A stretch of DNA of 64,000 nt from Epithemia pelagica (lineage: Eukaryota; Protista; Bacillariophyta), in contig OX337232.1 of the NCBI GenBank assembly GCA_946965045.2, positions 992,001 through 1,056,000 of the forward strand. The letters are read 5' to 3'. The notes beneath the pieces were generated by a model. That model was not told the origin of the DNA, made no database searches, and saw nothing but the letters and a program-made list of their open reading frames with translations. Positions 1 through 9,638 of the stretch are shown in pieces; position 1 is the stretch's first letter; the number at the start of each line of letters is the position of its first letter. Made by a program: the position numbers and the translations under genes.

Positions 1-1
1 G

Positions 2-1603
2 GTTGGCGGATGCTCCAAAGGTCAACCGGAGATTGAGGTGAGCAAAGGAATTGGAGGGATCGATGGTAATGTTCCTTGCTGCGACATCGCCATCGCCATG
101 GACGCGACGATAGGCAGATGACCAATCAAACTTGCTGATGAGGATACGATCGGTGGGAAATTCCCAACGCAATGCAACAATCTGGTGGAGAACACGGTCT
201 AAACAGTGGCCCATCACAAGGTCAATCAATTTGCTTTGGTCGATCAAGTCGTTGGTCGAGGGGCAAAATCCGAGGGAAAAGGACTGGTCGTGTGTCAAGC
301 GGTCTTTTGGAACAAGGTCGCCGTTGGCATCGATGCCAAGTTGGTGAGCGACGCCCATGGGACTGATTCGGCTGTGCTTGATACGTTTGGCACAGTCGAA
401 GGTGATGGGAAGGGAGAAACCTTTCGAAGCGTCTTTGCGGAGGACTTTCGAGAGAGCTTCTGGATTCTTTTTACCAGAGGCGTGATTGCCGTATTCGAGG
501 ATTGCCTCGTTTTCAGCGCGTCTGGCTGGCTCGTCTTCCTCAGCTGTGAGAGGATAGGAGACACCATGCGTGATATTGTGGTGAAACCGTGACCAGTATG
601 GGTGGCCGGCTAGGAGTGGTTCGAGAATTTGGGCTGTGCGAAATTCCGAGCCGGGTGTGATGACGGAGTCGGGGTGACTGTCGATCACTCGTTGCATGTC
701 AAAATCAAACCGTTCAATCAGCTGTGAGTTGAAGGTTGCATTGGACAAAACAACAGAATCGTCGATAGAGTGACGAAAGGGTGATGGCTTGGGGGTTGAT
801 GGCTTGTGGTCGGCGATGAAAAGCATGACGGAAAGACGAATTGGGTGGCTAATCGGTTGGAGCGGAGGAGGGGCCAGTCTTGAGGGAAAAATCTTGGAAA
901 TCTCATTGGGAAGGTAGCATAGAGCGGAACTTGGGGAACGAAACTCTGTGTCATCAGCAATGTTAGACTCACCTAGTAAATTTAAATCCGCTTTTCGAGC
1001 TTGTTCAAGTCTTTTCACATTTCGTTGTAATGGCTTGCCGGAAAAATCAGACCCGATGATTGCAGAGGAGCTCCCTGGGAGAGATTCCGCAATTTGTGAG
1101 GGCAGATTTTCGGAAAGGGAACTTGGGGGACTTGGGGGTCTTGTTGGGGTGCCAACGGAAAAGGAGTCTCTTGCGAGATCCTTCGAGGTTGGTTGGGAAC
1201 GATTGGTGGCAATCGTGGAATTGGTGGGGGATGCGTCAACGGACGAACGGATCTTGGGAGCAGAATCAGATGTGATGACACATTGATTCTGAACGGACGA
1301 GATCAGATCGGAGAGTTCTCGTTGACGAGTCTCGGGGTATCTTGAGTAATCTTGTGTGACATGATGAACCAGAAAAGGGTTCGCAGTGCTTGGAATCTTG
1401 GGTTTTTGGTCAGACGACGGTATCGCCAATGGAGGGAGGAAGGATGCAACAATGTTGGATGCGGAAGGTGATGAAGGTGAAAGAGGCTTGGAGTAAGAAG
1501 AAGACTCCGCGATTATAATTTTACTATTATCGGTGGGTCGAGAGTCGTCTCGCAAAAAGGAAGATGAATTCGATGATGAAGAAACAATCAACCCGTCCTG
1601 GCG
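2..1603 (-). CDS. Reverse transcriptase (pol) ORF of the DIRS/Ngaro-like element, truncated by the window edge; absent from the supplied ORF track
   Basis: Manually translated. The frame is open from 1603 to 2 (534 codons, no stop) and the first ATG is at 826. It encodes SEFRTAQILEPLLAGHPYW, GNHASG, KDRLTHDQSF, SKFDWSSAYRRVH and LRLTFGASAN, matching N-terminal RT motifs of DIRS/Ngaro elements. Confidence 0.85.
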
Positions 1604-4489
1604 TCAATTGTGATTCGCATTGGCATATGCGGATCGGTAGAACTCGTCCATGGCCTCTTTCTTGTTGTGTTTGCTGGGATCATCATGAAGAAATTTACAT
1701 TTCTTGCCTTTCTTGCAGATTCCTTTGGTGAACAAGATGTTGCAAAAATGTTGCTTCTTCCCCCCATCTTTCGTCACGAAGGGGATGTTGGAAAGAACGC
1801 TTGGTGGGAACACACTCATGTAATTGGATTCGGGTGGAAGTCGCCAATTGGATGGGGAGTCAAAAGTGATGGGAGTCTTGGGTGGGTCAGAGTTCGACGA
1901 AGATGAATTCTGTTGACGCTTGGGATTGGAAGGACCGTCATCAGAACCTGCCGAACGTTTCTTTTGGGAGTGCTTGAGTTGGTTGGCTTGGAATTTGGCT
2001 TGTAGTGCCGGAGGGAGGGAAACGAGAGTCGAACCGGTCTTGACATTGAATAAGATCCAATTCACGCGTTCTTCGAAATCGTTGAAGCCAATGTCTGCTA
2101 GTGATGAAGCACTCGATAGGGTCGCAACGAACTCCTGAACAGCTTCGTCGATGGCAAAAAGAAATTGCCCGAAATAAAAGTCGTTACCCGAGCTCTGTTG
2201 CTTGGCCATAATCTTTGTCCGAAACTTGTGGTAAAAGTTCAAGACCTTGAGAACTTGGTTCGCAATCATCGAAGACGAGCCACAAAGGCCTTTCGCGCAT
2301 GCCCAGAAAGAACGCAACTGCTTTTCAAACTCATCCGCTGTTCTCGGGAAAAACAGGTTGTGGTCAGAGTACAATTGCTGCATGTCCTTGGATTGTTTCA
2401 TATCGTTTAAGTGAAACAAGGAAGCGTCATGAATCTGTTGTCGGATATTCTTGTCCAGGGTGTTGTTCGAATCCAAGCCTGGAATGGCGTAGGGATCGAA
2501 CGAGAAGGGACTGAAACCTCCTGGACAAGCTTCGGACTTCCAACGTAAACCCAAGCGTTGAATGACGGTGCATTGTCCGAAAAGGATGGTGCATGCATTG
2601 TCTGAGGGGTCGAAGACTTCGGCGAGAAAAGACTCAAAGAATGTTGCGGAGTTTTTCGATTTCCAGACGATTTTGATGATCTGGGACAATTCATCTGGTA
2701 AAGAGATGGCAGATGAAGTAATCGATCCAAGGCGCAAAGTCTTCTGGGCGTTCAGTGGCATGTCGCGAAACATGCTTTTTGATTCAGGGGCAGTGATGTC
2801 ATCTTCGTTGCCGCTTTTCTTGGATGTCATCTCCTTAATGCACTTCGAGAGTAAGAACATCTCGGGAGAGACAAAATGGACATTGCCTTCGTCGTCAAGC
2901 ATTCGGACGCCATTGCCTTGGGAAGAGGGCTGATCTGTCGATGGGGAGGCATCATGAGGCGGCATCAAACAATCAACCGGAGATGTCGATTGAAAGCGGA
3001 CATTGGACGAGGAGCGACGCAAAGATGGGCGCTTGGAGGATGACGGTGTCGTGCGAGCTTGAGGAGCAAGGTTGGGAAAGACTCGGGAGCGATGAATCGA
3101 AATCGTCGAATTCGCTTTCGAAGGGTCCTTGGGAATCGATGGGAAAACAATCTGCAACTTGGGGCTGTCTCGACGGTGAAGAACGATCCAAAGGAAGCGA
3201 ATGATCGGCTCTTGAATCATGAGGAGAGGGTAGTCAAGAGGCATACCTTTCTTCTTGACCTCTACGGTACTGTCCATGGAGGACGTCCACCAATGGTGGA
3301 GGGCAACCTTGTACAATCCACTGGCTAAGTCCTCAAACGAGACGTTGACATTGTGGGTCGAGGCATCGGTGTTGTGGAGCATCAATCCCGAGAAACAAGG
3401 TGGGATGAGGCATAAGCTCGAGCAGACAAAGTCACGATCGGTCTTCGAGGAGGAAGAGGAGCTGGAAGCAACACCAGAGAAGCTTTTGAACTTGGATGAA
3501 TCGAAGGTCAGGTGAGGGAAAGATGACGACGGGGAGAAGTCATCAATTTCAACGACGCAATGATCGAGGATCTCCGCAAAAGTGGGGACTTGAGAGAACA
3601 CGTGATCGCTTAAGAGGAGGGGAACATCTTCGTTGTCAAGTTGGAACGGGATGGACTCGAACGGGATGCGATTGAGACCATAAAACGGGATCTGGGGATC
3701 AATAAAGGAACCACAATTCTCAGGGCAACAAAGGTTGTGAAAGAGAAAGGGTTTACCACCGCGAGACAAACCCAACAAAGCAAAAGGATGGTTCTTCGTC
3801 TTGGAGGTCAACCAAACATGGAGATCGTCCGTGGAGGTGAGACGATTGAAGCTGGATCGAACTTCTGACCAAAGGGAAGGATCACGGGTCAAAGTGACGT
3901 GGAAGGGCTTGAAAAAGGAATCACACCAATCAATCGGAGCAGATTTCTCGAGTTCTGAAAAGATGTATTCGAGAGACTTGTCGGAGAGCTTGTGGAAATC
4001 ATGAGTGAAATAGAACTCATGACGATAGGCGCCTGCACGAAGAAGAAAGGGTGGGTTTTCGTCGTCAGGGTCGGTACCAATCTCTCCTTCCGTGAGGAGA
4101 AGTTCATCATCGTTGCCAGTCGGATCTTCTTTGGAAGCAATGAGAGAATCGAAGCGTTTCAAAGCAAGAGGAGGCGGAGCCTTGGGGTTCTTGGTCTTGT
4201 CGCTAGAAGCAGAGATGGTCTTGGCTTCAGCGAAAAGTTTCTCTTGGGCTTCGGAATCGGACTCGACAGAGTAAATGTCATCATCTTCTTCTTTAGGAGC
4301 ATGAGCCTTGAGAGAGGACTTCTTGTTGGAGGCGGAAGGTTTCTGATCTCCTTTCGGATCGTCAGGTTGGGAGACGACGGCTGCCACGGGAGCAGACGAG
4401 AAAGGAGCAGGGGGATCAGATCCCTTGGCCGACGACGGTTTCTTCGGAAAGATATCGTCGAGGAACGGATTGGAACCAGAGAAAGTCAT
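1604..4489 (-). CDS. Gag-like ORF1 of the DIRS/Ngaro-like element with C-terminal CCCH zinc finger
   Basis: About 961 aa from ATG 4489. C-x8-C-x5-C-x3-H motif (CNILFTKGICKKGKKCKFLH) near the C-terminus, directly upstream of and in frame with the RT ORF. Confidence 0.75.
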   Translation of the reverse strand: MTFSGSNPFLDDIFPKKPSSAKGSDPPAPFSSAPVAAVVSQPDDPKGDQKPSASNKKSSLKAHAPKEEDDDIYSVESDSEAQEKLFAEAKTISASSDKTKNPKAPPPLALKRFDSLIASKEDPTGNDDELLLTEGEIGTDPDDENPPFLLRAGAYRHEFYFTHDFHKLSDKSLEYIFSELEKSAPIDWCDSFFKPFHVTLTRDPSLWSEVRSSFNRLTSTDDLHVWLTSKTKNHPFALLGLSRGGKPFLFHNLCCPENCGSFIDPQIPFYGLNRIPFESIPFQLDNEDVPLLLSDHVFSQVPTFAEILDHCVVEIDDFSPSSSFPHLTFDSSKFKSFSGVASSSSSSSKTDRDFVCSSLCLIPPCFSGLMLHNTDASTHNVNVSFEDLASGLYKVALHHWWTSSMDSTVEVKKKGMPLDYPLLMIQEPIIRFLWIVLHRRDSPKLQIVFPSIPKDPSKANSTISIHRSRVFPNLAPQARTTPSSSKRPSLRRSSSNVRFQSTSPVDCLMPPHDASPSTDQPSSQGNGVRMLDDEGNVHFVSPEMFLLSKCIKEMTSKKSGNEDDITAPESKSMFRDMPLNAQKTLRLGSITSSAISLPDELSQIIKIVWKSKNSATFFESFLAEVFDPSDNACTILFGQCTVIQRLGLRWKSEACPGGFSPFSFDPYAIPGLDSNNTLDKNIRQQIHDASLFHLNDMKQSKDMQQLYSDHNLFFPRTADEFEKQLRSFWACAKGLCGSSSMIANQVLKVLNFYHKFRTKIMAKQQSSGNDFYFGQFLFAIDEAVQEFVATLSSASSLADIGFNDFEERVNWILFNVKTGSTLVSLPPALQAKFQANQLKHSQKKRSAGSDDGPSNPKRQQNSSSSNSDPPKTPITFDSPSNWRLPPESNYMSVFPPSVLSNIPFVTKDGGKKQHFCNILFTKGICKKGKKCKFLHDDPSKHNKKEAMDEFYRSAYANANHN

Positions 4490-5008
4490 GATGAACAAGG
4501 TAAACTCAGAAGATTAGCTAACTAGAATCGTTGCGATCTCGAACTCGTCTCGTAGTCGTTGCAAAGATGCTGAACCCAAGAAGAGTGAGCTCTTCTCACG
4601 CTCCAACGACTCTGCATCAGGGTCATCCTAAAACTTCCGATTGTGGGAATCAAATCGGATGCTCGCCTCGCGTCGAGGAGGCGGAGCAGTCGCACCTCTG
4701 TTGTCGGTCGCGGAGTCTGGCCAGCATCGGCCACGTCACTCCACCCAGTACAGACACCACCGGATCGAAATCCGTTATGCGTGCTGCGAAGTGCGCCATG
4801 GTCGCCGGCCGGTCAAACGACTGAAATGCGACTCCTCTTATTCTTTCGATTTCGGGGTTCGGGGGTGTCAATGTTTGGGTTTCTTTCTTTCTGCAACAGA
4901 GTTGTCAAAGCCGACACCGACGAAGCATCATCATGAATCATGTGATCCCTTGCCCGTTCCGACCTACCCATTTCGCCAGCAACAATAGTTCGCTTTGAGG
5001 CTGTGCGA

Positions 5009-6379
5009 ATGATTTTCCTGACGATTTTCTGGGCCGTTCCCATTCAGTCGTTTCATCCTCCAACGGAATGGAATGCCATTTTCCAATGCCCCCATCATCC
5101 TAAACGTCTGCCAATGTTGTCGACGACCTTCTCAAGCGTTCGTCCATGTTTAAGACAGGCATGCCATTGGACTCTACCGTTTCCACGAACGCTCCAGGTC
5201 ACTCACAACAACAAAGCCGTCAACGGCGACTGCGCCCATGGCCAACAGCACCGACGAACGACTGAGACCATGCCGGAGATTGTTCCAGGGACACATCGGG
5301 TCGTATTCTTGCGCCATGGCGAATCGGAATTCAACAATGCCAACATTTTCACGGGTTGGTGTGATGTGGCATTGACACCGCGTGGTGTTGTCGAGTCCGT
5401 CGAAGCCGGCCAGGTCTTTGCCAGTCACGATTTGACCTTTCAAAAGTGCTACTGTTCCCTCCTCACACGGTCCATTGTGACGGCCCATCGAGCCTTGGAG
5501 GCGGCGGGGATTGCCTACACTCCCACAGTTTCCGACTGGCGTCTCAATGAACGTCATTATGGCGCACTGCAGGGATTGAGCAAAGAACGGACCGCCGAGC
5601 GTTTGGGGCGAGAATTGGTCATGCGGTGGCGCCGGTCCTATGCCGAACGACCGCCACCCATGCTACCGGATCATCCCCATTATGACATGATTCAAAAGGA
5701 TGCGAGATATCGTCATCTTCGTTCCGATATTCCTCTCGCCGAGTCACTGGAAGATTGCCAAGCACGGGTCATACAAGCGTGGAATGACATTTTGAACGAC
5801 ATTGCCGGCTCTGGCAGGATGGCCAGTGCCTCTTGCTCTACCACTACCAGCAATGTGGATGTTTCAGATTCACCGCACTCGCTCGTGGTGGCCCATGCCA
5901 ATACACTGCGGGCCCTGGTAATGCACTTGGATGGTATCAGTGCCAATGAGATTGAAGGTCTCAACATTCCAACGGCCATTCCCTTTTATTATGACATTGG
6001 CATTGAAAGTGGGGAGGTTGTATCAGGTGGAAATGCCGATGAGTCGGCCTCCCGGGATCGCATTGGTTTGGGTCGGTTTCGGGGCGTGTACATTGCCGAT
6101 GAACGTAAAAAACGTAGCTTTTTGGAACGACGACGAGCGGCCAATGATCCGTGGCTTTGGGCCTTGGACGATGAGCAAGTAGGACGCAACATGTTACTGA
6201 ACAGTAACAGAAACAACAATGACTACAAAGAGGATGACAGTGCTTCTACTGCTTCGAATGAGGGAGAAACGGATCAATTGGATGTGGCTGTGGCCCAAAA
6301 CATGCATGCCTTTGAACAAGAGGCTGACCAGAATACCAAGCTTTTCTCTCCCAATCTTGGCAAACAAGATACCTTATAG
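5009..6379 (+). CDS. gpmA: 2,3-bisphosphoglycerate-dependent phosphoglycerate mutase, probably plastid-targeted
   Basis: Motifs LRHGESEFN, FTGWCDV, LNERHYGALQG and VVAHANTLR. N-terminus MIFLTIFWAVPIQS-F resembles a diatom bipartite plastid presequence. Confidence 0.92.
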   Translation: MIFLTIFWAVPIQSFHPPTEWNAIFQCPHHPKRLPMLSTTFSSVRPCLRQACHWTLPFPRTLQVTHNNKAVNGDCAHGQQHRRTTETMPEIVPGTHRVVFLRHGESEFNNANIFTGWCDVALTPRGVVESVEAGQVFASHDLTFQKCYCSLLTRSIVTAHRALEAAGIAYTPTVSDWRLNERHYGALQGLSKERTAERLGRELVMRWRRSYAERPPPMLPDHPHYDMIQKDARYRHLRSDIPLAESLEDCQARVIQAWNDILNDIAGSGRMASASCSTTTSNVDVSDSPHSLVVAHANTLRALVMHLDGISANEIEGLNIPTAIPFYYDIGIESGEVVSGGNADESASRDRIGLGRFRGVYIADERKKRSFLERRRAANDPWLWALDDEQVGRNMLLNSNRNNNDYKEDDSASTASNEGETDQLDVAVAQNMHAFEQEADQNTKLFSPNLGKQDTL

Positions 6380-6743
6380 CTAGCTGGTTTGCTCGCGTAG
6401 CAATGGAAGGATCTCTCTGTTTCTGTCCCTTTTTCTGCACACAAGCACGCTGTGTGACCAGCAAGAATCGAGCTCCTGTCGAACACAACCATAATGCAAC
6501 AACCGAGCGGAAGGATGACGGCGCCACGAATGGAAGCACAGTGAAAGCTCCCCTAAGAGTTGCATCAACTGGGTGTTGTCTTTTTGTTTGGTATGTCTTT
6601 ACGAATGTATTGTTGACTTGGAATTCGGAACCTGGAAGCATCCCGAATCCCACTGGAGACTTGAGTCGTGGAACGCCACCGACTACAAGGAGGAGTCCTG
6701 TGGAAAGTGAAAACAAAACTTGAGGTCTCATTTAGTTGGGACC

Positions 6744-7424
6744 ATGAGTTTGAGATTGGATAACAATAACAATGACGACGACAGTTTGACCGATCCACTG
6801 CTCCTGTCGGTCCATACCACTGTCTCGGATGGCGTCCCAACCTTGGCCTCCGACCTTCCAAGTGGTGATGAACAAGAAGAAGAAAACCACGATCCAACAA
6901 GAGGAGTCATTAATCCAGACAGAAGAGTACCTCCACTTCCCCAAAATGTTGAATATCCATCCAGAAGACTACGCACCTCCACGGCAGCTTATGTCCAAGA
7001 AGTATTCGATCATGACGACAACGACGAAGCATGGAGAAGGAGGATGGGCCAGTCAGATTTAGAACAAGATTTCCAGTCCCACACTTCCATGAGTCATTCC
7101 AATCGGACCGTGCGGTCGCAACGTGTCCGAGACGTACATACATCACCATCCCATGACGACGACGAAGCAGAAGAAGAGTCAGCATCCTGTGGTCATTGTC
7201 GATCCATTCTCGGCATGGTTGTGACAGTCTTGGTTGTTTTACTGCTTGTGGGTCTGGCGTTGGTGGCCTATTTCGTGGGATGGATCATGGCTGCCCAAGT
7301 CTTCGTCTTTTGCATGGTATCGGGAGCTTTGTCACCGCTCCTCACGGCCTTGTATATCCTTTCCCAGAAACAAAAACAGCAACGACGACGACCATCCCAA
7401 GAGACAGAGGAGGAAGCCTGTTGA
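6744..7424 (+). CDS. Hypothetical membrane protein with two C-terminal TM helices
   Basis: 226-aa ORF from ATG 6744 with an acidic disordered N-terminus and a hydrophobic hairpin (ILGMVVTVLVVLLLVGLALVAYFVGWIMAAQVFVFCMVSGALSPLLTALYIL). Diverged copies of its 3' half lie at ~17310-17990 and ~34480-35170. Confidence 0.6.
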   Translation: MSLRLDNNNNDDDSLTDPLLLSVHTTVSDGVPTLASDLPSGDEQEEENHDPTRGVINPDRRVPPLPQNVEYPSRRLRTSTAAYVQEVFDHDDNDEAWRRRMGQSDLEQDFQSHTSMSHSNRTVRSQRVRDVHTSPSHDDDEAEEESASCGHCRSILGMVVTVLVVLLLVGLALVAYFVGWIMAAQVFVFCMVSGALSPLLTALYILSQKQKQQRRRPSQETEEEAC

Positions 7425-8535
7425 CGACCCTGACTATACAAGGCGGGGGAATCCTGCAACGACGGGTCACTACCGCACCATTTCGGGTATGGATGCCCCA
7501 GTCTCTTGTTGGAGTCGTGCAAGACAATGAAAACCCCTTTGATATCGCTTTTACAATAGCGCAATACCATGTATGTGTTAGATTTTGTAGATCACTCAAA
7601 TTAATCCAGCGTGAACATATGTCTTTAATTGCTTATTTTTAATGCAACATTGGCTCAAACTCTCCAACGGATACAAACGTTGGACTGGCTCGTTTATTCT
7701 TGACTCTTTCAGGCGCGTTGGTTCCTATTAAGGTGATGACATAAAGGTTCGTTGGTATCGCCCAGACTGTTGGTAAGCTGGTAATGCCTTCTCGGTGAAG
7801 ATCCTAACCGGAGACAAAGTAATGTATTCTACATTACCGCCAGGTGCTGAAAGGCACAGAGCTATCAATTTCCTCCATCAGATTTCTTCTCGGTCGAATG
7901 CGACAATCGCTTCTTCTGATTCCCTTTTTCAGGACTTCCTGTCCCAATAATGTCGCTGTAGATTTCCGTCTCGGCCGCCTCTAGCAATCCAATGCACAAG
8001 TCTGAATGTTTCGTAATGAATGCTTCAAAGAGTTGGACCGGTTTTGCAACCCCTTCTCTCAATTCTTTGACAAAATCTCCATAAACATGCAAATGAGCTC
8101 CATCGACAGGTATATACAAAGCCATGGTTCCAGCAAGATCTTTCCAATCATGCTCAAACATCATGGTTTCGTCTGGGCCTCCAGCTCTAGATCCAATCCT
8201 CTCTGGAATAGTTGTCGAATAAGTGCTGGGGTACATGTCTTCGTTGTTCTTTCCTGAGAGATCAAAATCAAGTAAACAAGACTCTTGTATACCTCGTGGA
8301 TTTATTCCTCGTTCTGTTTCGTGTGGATGCAGCATATTGAAACCACGAACGTCACCGTGGACAAGACTCTGTCTTGCATGGACTGAATGATCTTCGCAAT
8401 ATCTAGAAAGTGACTAAGTTTGGAGGCAACGTGCGTTCCATCCTGATAGTCATAAGAAAGAATGACAACCGCTCCCTTCCCGTAGGGTGTTGGCACAACC
8501 GAATCGACTTTCCGGCGCTTGGATGAACTTGGTTC

Positions 8536-8829
8536 TGTTGGAAATAATGACGAAAACGGAAAAATGATCCACGAGTCCTCAGAGCCACCCGGCGACCAAA
8601 TTGAGACAATGACGGGAACTACTTATCGAAACAGTCACGAACAATCACGCGAGCAAGAAGGTAAGCGCGTTACGTTCGCTGACGTGGTAAAATACGGAAA
8701 ACCAAAGACGAGCGAGGCGAAAAAGATGAATGCTCATTCTTTGGAGATAATCAAGAAAGTAAAGTAAAATTACGTTTTACATCTACGACGATAGCGACGA
8801 AGCTGACGGCATCCTTGCATCGTCCAACA
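8536..8829 (+). repeat. 5' LTR of copia 1
   Basis: Direct repeat of 14574-14867 with 7-bp inverted termini. Contains TGACGTGG and an Inr-like TCATTCT at 8734-8740. Confidence 0.97.
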
Positions 8830-8891
8830 TTATCTCCAAAGAAAAAGGAACTCCTACAAACCATCTTTTCAAGCATATCAACGCAATTTCT

Positions 8892-9638
8892 ATGTCCAGC
8901 CCAAACAAACAAGAGATTGACGAACTCATCCAAGAACTCGAAGAACTCACAACTCGACAGAGAGAAGTGCTTGCCCAAATCAAGAGCATCCGAGAAGCTC
9001 CCATCGTTGAAGCGACACAGGTTGCCACTGGGGCAAAGTCCCAGCCCGGAGGGTACGAGACAGGCGACAGTGAAGAAGGCAGCCAGTCGGAAAAGAAGCA
9101 GGCGGCCGCGCAGAGAAGAAACAAGCATCAACGATCATCGCCCACTGCATCCAGTGTGGCCAGTTCAAGCGTGGAAGTCGTTGGAGTCATTCGTCACCAA
9201 CGCCAATCTCGAGGACAAGAGTCGGACGGCGATACCACTCTTTATTCGGAGAACGAAGGAGCCGAAAGAGAACCAATCACATATACAACAGCGGAACTCT
9301 CGGCACTGAAAAGTGGCTGCACCTTGTGGACCTCAGCGGTTTCAGGGAAGCGGTACATCATCCACAAGAAAAGGAGAGCTTTCCGAGTGGGAGACATAGT
9401 TAGAATTGTCAACCCCACCTCGCTTCACGACGGAGAAGCACCAACCATTCGTGACGGCACGGGTGTTGTTGCCCGACTCACTGCATATCAAGTAATTGTC
9501 CACACTGATAGTGGCCAGGACGTTCGACGAGGTAAGAACAACATCCGATATCTCTCCGCAGAGAAGGATGAGCAGTTCGAGCGCGTCCAACCCGTCCAGC
9601 CAGGACGGCGCCCCCAGTTCGCCAGGTACCACGCCTGA
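8892..9638 (+). CDS. Extra upstream ORF (ORF0) inside copia 1: N-terminal coiled coil plus C-terminal SH3/KOW-like beta-barrel
   Basis: 248-aa ATG ORF 62 nt after the LTR. EIDELIQELEELTTRQREVLAQIKSIRE has heptad character. FRVGDIVRIVN...GTGVVARLTAYQVIVHTDSGQDVRRGKNNI resembles KOW/SH3-like folds (inference). Confidence 0.7.
   Translation: MSSPNKQEIDELIQELEELTTRQREVLAQIKSIREAPIVEATQVATGAKSQPGGYETGDSEEGSQSEKKQAAAQRRNKHQRSSPTASSVASSSVEVVGVIRHQRQSRGQESDGDTTLYSENEGAEREPITYTTAELSALKSGCTLWTSAVSGKRYIIHKKRRAFRVGDIVRIVNPTSLHDGEAPTIRDGTGVVARLTAYQVIVHTDSGQDVRRGKNNIRYLSAEKDEQFERVQPVQPGRRPQFARYHA

Larger units (their letters stand above)
1..4900 (-). mobile_element. DIRS/Ngaro-type (tyrosine-recombinase class) retrotransposon, 5' part only; continues off the left edge
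   Basis: Gag-like ORF with a C-terminal CCCH finger, followed by an RT ORF with DIRS/Ngaro-like motifs. The upstream boundary (~4900) is approximate. The recombinase ORF and the other terminus are outside the window, so the class is inferred from RT similarity. Confidence 0.75.

Noticed and set aside
4520-4625. Hammerhead ribozyme in the DIRS leader (minus strand CTGATG plus hairpins)
   Set aside because: The core reads CTGATGC rather than CTGA(N)GA, and no correctly placed GAAA/UH was found. Only generic hairpins are present.
7730-7850. C/D-box snoRNA (GTGATGA ... CTGA)
   Set aside because: No terminal stem or recognisable rRNA guide, and the D-box candidate lies in duplicated kinase 3' flank.
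8519-8767. 82-aa ORF at the 5' LTR of copia 1
   Set aside because: It is the LTR copy of the gag-pol C-terminal tail, opened by flanking sequence.
8830-8845. tRNA-derived PBS for copia 1
   Set aside because: No TGG start, and the complement lacks the U33 anticodon-loop pattern.
9531-9560. Intron GTAAGA...CCGCAG joining ORF0 to gag
   Set aside because: Only about 30 nt, too short for a plausible spliceosomal intron.
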